Shown here piece after piece: positions 61,708-64,000 of a DNA stretch of 64,000 bases; position 1 is the first letter of the stretch; every line of letters starts with the position of its first letter. The DNA lies in the IMG/VR virus record IMGVR_UViG_3300032665_000019; one strand, given 5' to 3'. The notes beneath the pieces are model-generated. The model saw only the letters and a program-made list of their open reading frames with translations, was not told where the DNA came from and did not search any database. The DNA is from an uncultured virus (IMG/VR IMGVR_UViG_3300032665_000019) (Duplodnaviria; Heunggongvirae; Uroviricota; Caudoviricetes). Both the position numbers and the translations under genes were made by a program.

Positions 61708-61812
61708 ATGGCAAATTTCAATAGAAAACCGCCGCGTATCCGTAAGAGGGACGTAATAGTTGAGGTTGCATTTATCTTATTTTTTCTTTACGCGATAAGT
61801 AAAATGCTATGA
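61708..61812 (+). CDS. Tiny single-TM protein (34 aa)
   Basis: MANFNRKPPRIRKRDVIVEVAFILFFLYAISKML; starts 2 nt after the previous stop. Confidence 0.4.
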   Translation: MANFNRKPPRIRKRDVIVEVAFILFFLYAISKML

Positions 61813-61909
61813 GTACGCCAGCGCAACAAAGGGCGCAACCCTGGGTTAATTCCAGGCGAATATCTTGCGTCCCGGCAGTTAGAATTCCGGCAAACAATAA
61901 CTTTACAAT

Positions 61910-62425
61910 ATGAAACATAACAAACCCTGCCAACCATGCACCTTTAATTTAGTCCGCCAGCCCATCGCCTGGGATCGTGACCAGGTTATTGCCAGGCTGC
62001 GTATGATCCCGCAAAAAACACTATTCGGGGCAAGCATACGGCACTACCTGAATAGCGATGAGCGGTCCGATGTGGATATATGGGAGCATTGTGTTCAAAT
62101 GGTAAAGGATCAGATAAGGGACGCGCCGGAAGGGACAGCCGGTATCCTTGGAGAAAACTCATTTATTTACTTCAAATATCTAATGTATGAAAAAAATAAC
62201 ATTCAGGAATTATGGCAAATAGCCGCACATTTTTACCACACTCATACAGCCGCATGCGATTGCGTGCTGGCAGTTACCGCTTGTTTTATCTGGCTATTGT
62301 GGGAGATAAGACGAGAGTCGAGAGAATCTATCCAGTCGCGCCAATGGGGAAATGAACGCCCCTATATGAAAATAGAAAAAGGAGGCAAATTGACATGGGA
62401 CTGGGAGGAGAACAAAGAGGCGTAA
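61910..62425 (+). CDS. Hypothetical protein
   Basis: 171 aa co-oriented ORF. Confidence 0.45.
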   Translation: MKHNKPCQPCTFNLVRQPIAWDRDQVIARLRMIPQKTLFGASIRHYLNSDERSDVDIWEHCVQMVKDQIRDAPEGTAGILGENSFIYFKYLMYEKNNIQELWQIAAHFYHTHTAACDCVLAVTACFIWLLWEIRRESRESIQSRQWGNERPYMKIEKGGKLTWDWEENKEA

Positions 62426-62513
62426 CTTCTATGGCCGATTCACTTAACCCCGCGCGTACATCTTGCGTCACGGCAATTAAAATTCGTATTAATACAATAA
62501 TTAAATACAAAAA

Positions 62514-63305
62514 ATGAAAACAAAGCTGCAAATTAAAAAAAGGTTTTTAGGAAATGTAATTTTTGAATTAGAAACAGAAGATAATACTGTTAAAGATACT
62601 TTAATAGAAGCAGTAAAAAGCGGTGCAAACCTGCGCGGTGCAAACCTGCGCGGTGCAGACCTGAGCGGTGCAAACCTGCGCGGTGCAGACCTGCGCGGTG
62701 CAAACCTGCGCGGTGCAAACCTGAACGGTGCAGACCTGCGCGGTGCAAACCTGCGCGGTGCAGACCTGAACGGTGCAGACCTGAGCGGTGCAGACCTGAG
62801 CGGTGCAGACCTGCGCGGTGCAGACCTGCGCGGTGCAAACCTGCGCGGTGCAGACCTGCGCGGTGCAAACCTGCGCGGTGCAAACCTCCTGCGCGGTGCA
62901 GACCTGAGCGATGCATACCTGAACGGTGCAGACCTGAGCGGTGCAGACCTGAGCGGTGCAGACCTGCGCGGTGCAGACCTGAACGGTGCAGACCTGAACG
63001 GTGCAGACCTGCGCGGTGCAGACCTGCGCGACGCAATAGGAGTTAGGGATTATATTTTTATCCCAGGAAGGTATTATTATAGCTCTTATTGTTTCTTTCA
63101 AGAAAAAACAAACGAATGGATTATAAGACTAGGTTGTCATTGTCGGACATTGGCAGAATGGGAAAAAGATTTTTGGAACAACGATAAAGAGTTTCCTAAC
63201 AATGGGTCTGTAAAAAGTCAAAAAAGGTTGTATTTATTTGAATTATATAAACAAATTATTACAACTATTAAATCACAGGATGAAAAAATTGCTAAGATTA
63301 ATTAA
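62514..63305 (+). CDS. Pentapeptide-repeat protein
   Basis: A(D/N)L(R/S/N)G repeats encoded by a 15-bp array (about 62620-63030); C-terminal 'IRLGC...EW' domain. Confidence 0.92.
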   Translation: MKTKLQIKKRFLGNVIFELETEDNTVKDTLIEAVKSGANLRGANLRGADLSGANLRGADLRGANLRGANLNGADLRGANLRGADLNGADLSGADLSGADLRGADLRGANLRGADLRGANLRGANLLRGADLSDAYLNGADLSGADLSGADLRGADLNGADLNGADLRGADLRDAIGVRDYIFIPGRYYYSSYCFFQEKTNEWIIRLGCHCRTLAEWEKDFWNNDKEFPNNGSVKSQKRLYLFELYKQIITTIKSQDEKIAKIN

Positions 63306-63311
63306 ACAATC

Positions 63312-63668
63312 ATGTCAAAATTCATTATTTCTCCAGTCACAACCTGGGATGACGAAAATCAGTTGTGGGAGACAAAAGTAGGGTTAGATGGGAAAGATAT
63401 GCCATTACTGTATTCAGTATGGCACAAAGAAGAAAGTCGCAGTCGGTTGCGGGCAATGGAGCTGGTGGAATGTCTGCAAATCGGTAATGCACAGCCAGGG
63501 AGAGTAACGGTCGGGAGGGATATGGCTTACCGTACCGAATCTGATTTACGAATGAGGTTGGAAGTAGAACGCCAAATGAGGGATGAATGGCGACCAGTGT
63601 TTGACACAAACGCTATTGAAGATCGCATAAGCGAAATTAGCCAGGCAAAAGGAGGAACTCATGAATAA
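63312..63668 (+). CDS. Hypothetical protein
   Basis: 118 aa, overlapping the next start. Confidence 0.55.
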   Translation: MSKFIISPVTTWDDENQLWETKVGLDGKDMPLLYSVWHKEESRSRLRAMELVECLQIGNAQPGRVTVGRDMAYRTESDLRMRLEVERQMRDEWRPVFDTNAIEDRISEISQAKGGTHE

Positions 63669-64000
63669 GCGAAATATGCTCGTAAATGTAGTAGTGATAC
63701 TTGCTTTACTTACCCAGGTTACACATGCAGCCTGGGTATTCCTGCGTATATCACGCGAGCCTGGGACATGGCATGAGCAAGTAATGTCCTATGTGTTTGC
63801 CGTATCCTTGGAGCTTAGTATTTTTATCTTCACCATATTTAGTAAAAAAAGGACCGCTACATTTTTTGCAGTAGTCTCTACTTTGATAAACTTACTGTAC
63901 TACTGGTTTACGGTCGCATTCACTTTAGAGTTTTGTGCCATGGTAGTTATTTCGCCTATAATACCGGTAACTATCTGGTTTTACTCAGAGCTGATCGATG
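63661..64000 (+). CDS. Multi-pass membrane protein, truncated at the window edge
   Basis: Not in the track. MNKRNMLVNVVVILALLTQVTHAAWVF...YVFAVSLELSIFIF...; about four hydrophobic helices; no stop before 64000. Confidence 0.6.
   Translation, partial: MNKRNMLVNVVVILALLTQVTHAAWVFLRISREPGTWHEQVMSYVFAVSLELSIFIFTIFSKKRTATFFAVVSTLINLLYYWFTVAFTLEFCAMVVISPIIPVTIWFYSELID

Noticed and set aside
62590..63101. 15-bp array as a CRISPR, and the two antisense repeat ORFs (RAGLH.., AQVCT..)
   Set aside because: No unique spacers; the array is the coding sequence of the pentapeptide protein and the antisense ORFs are its shadows.

Overview
The whole window reads as part of a tailed dsDNA phage genome, most likely infecting Bacteroidota: TAnnTTTG-type promoters, Q-rule signal peptides and an SSB resembling Chitinophagaceae SSBs. 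Product calls come from motif recognition by eye, not database searches. Layout: (i) 1-5168 (-), three tail-fibre/tailspike-like genes that unexpectedly carry Sec-type signal peptides; (ii) 5336-17162 (+), recombination/replication module (XRE, Rad52-like SSAP, PD-(D/E)XK nuclease, KTSC, DnaA-C HTH, SSB, SF2 helicase, VirE-type primase-helicase, HNH, VRR-NUC); (iii) 17134-42099 (-), crAss-like podovirus virion block with tail ring/muzzle proteins and putative ejected cargo proteins, an embedded zincin plus intein-containing PurD-like ATP-grasp ligase, an inverted-repeat-flanked antisense two-gene cassette, and a GroEL/GroES/tandem-GroES set; (iv) 42197-46431 (+), glycosyltransferase/methyltransferase cluster; (v) 46428-57159 (-), terminase, major capsid with a structured leader, scaffold, portal, and a C5 methyltransferase with a nested out-of-frame gene; (vi) 57160-64000, possible terminus/origin region and small early genes. 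I recognise no integrase, DNA polymerase, RNA polymerase, lysis gene, tRNA or CRISPR array in this window.
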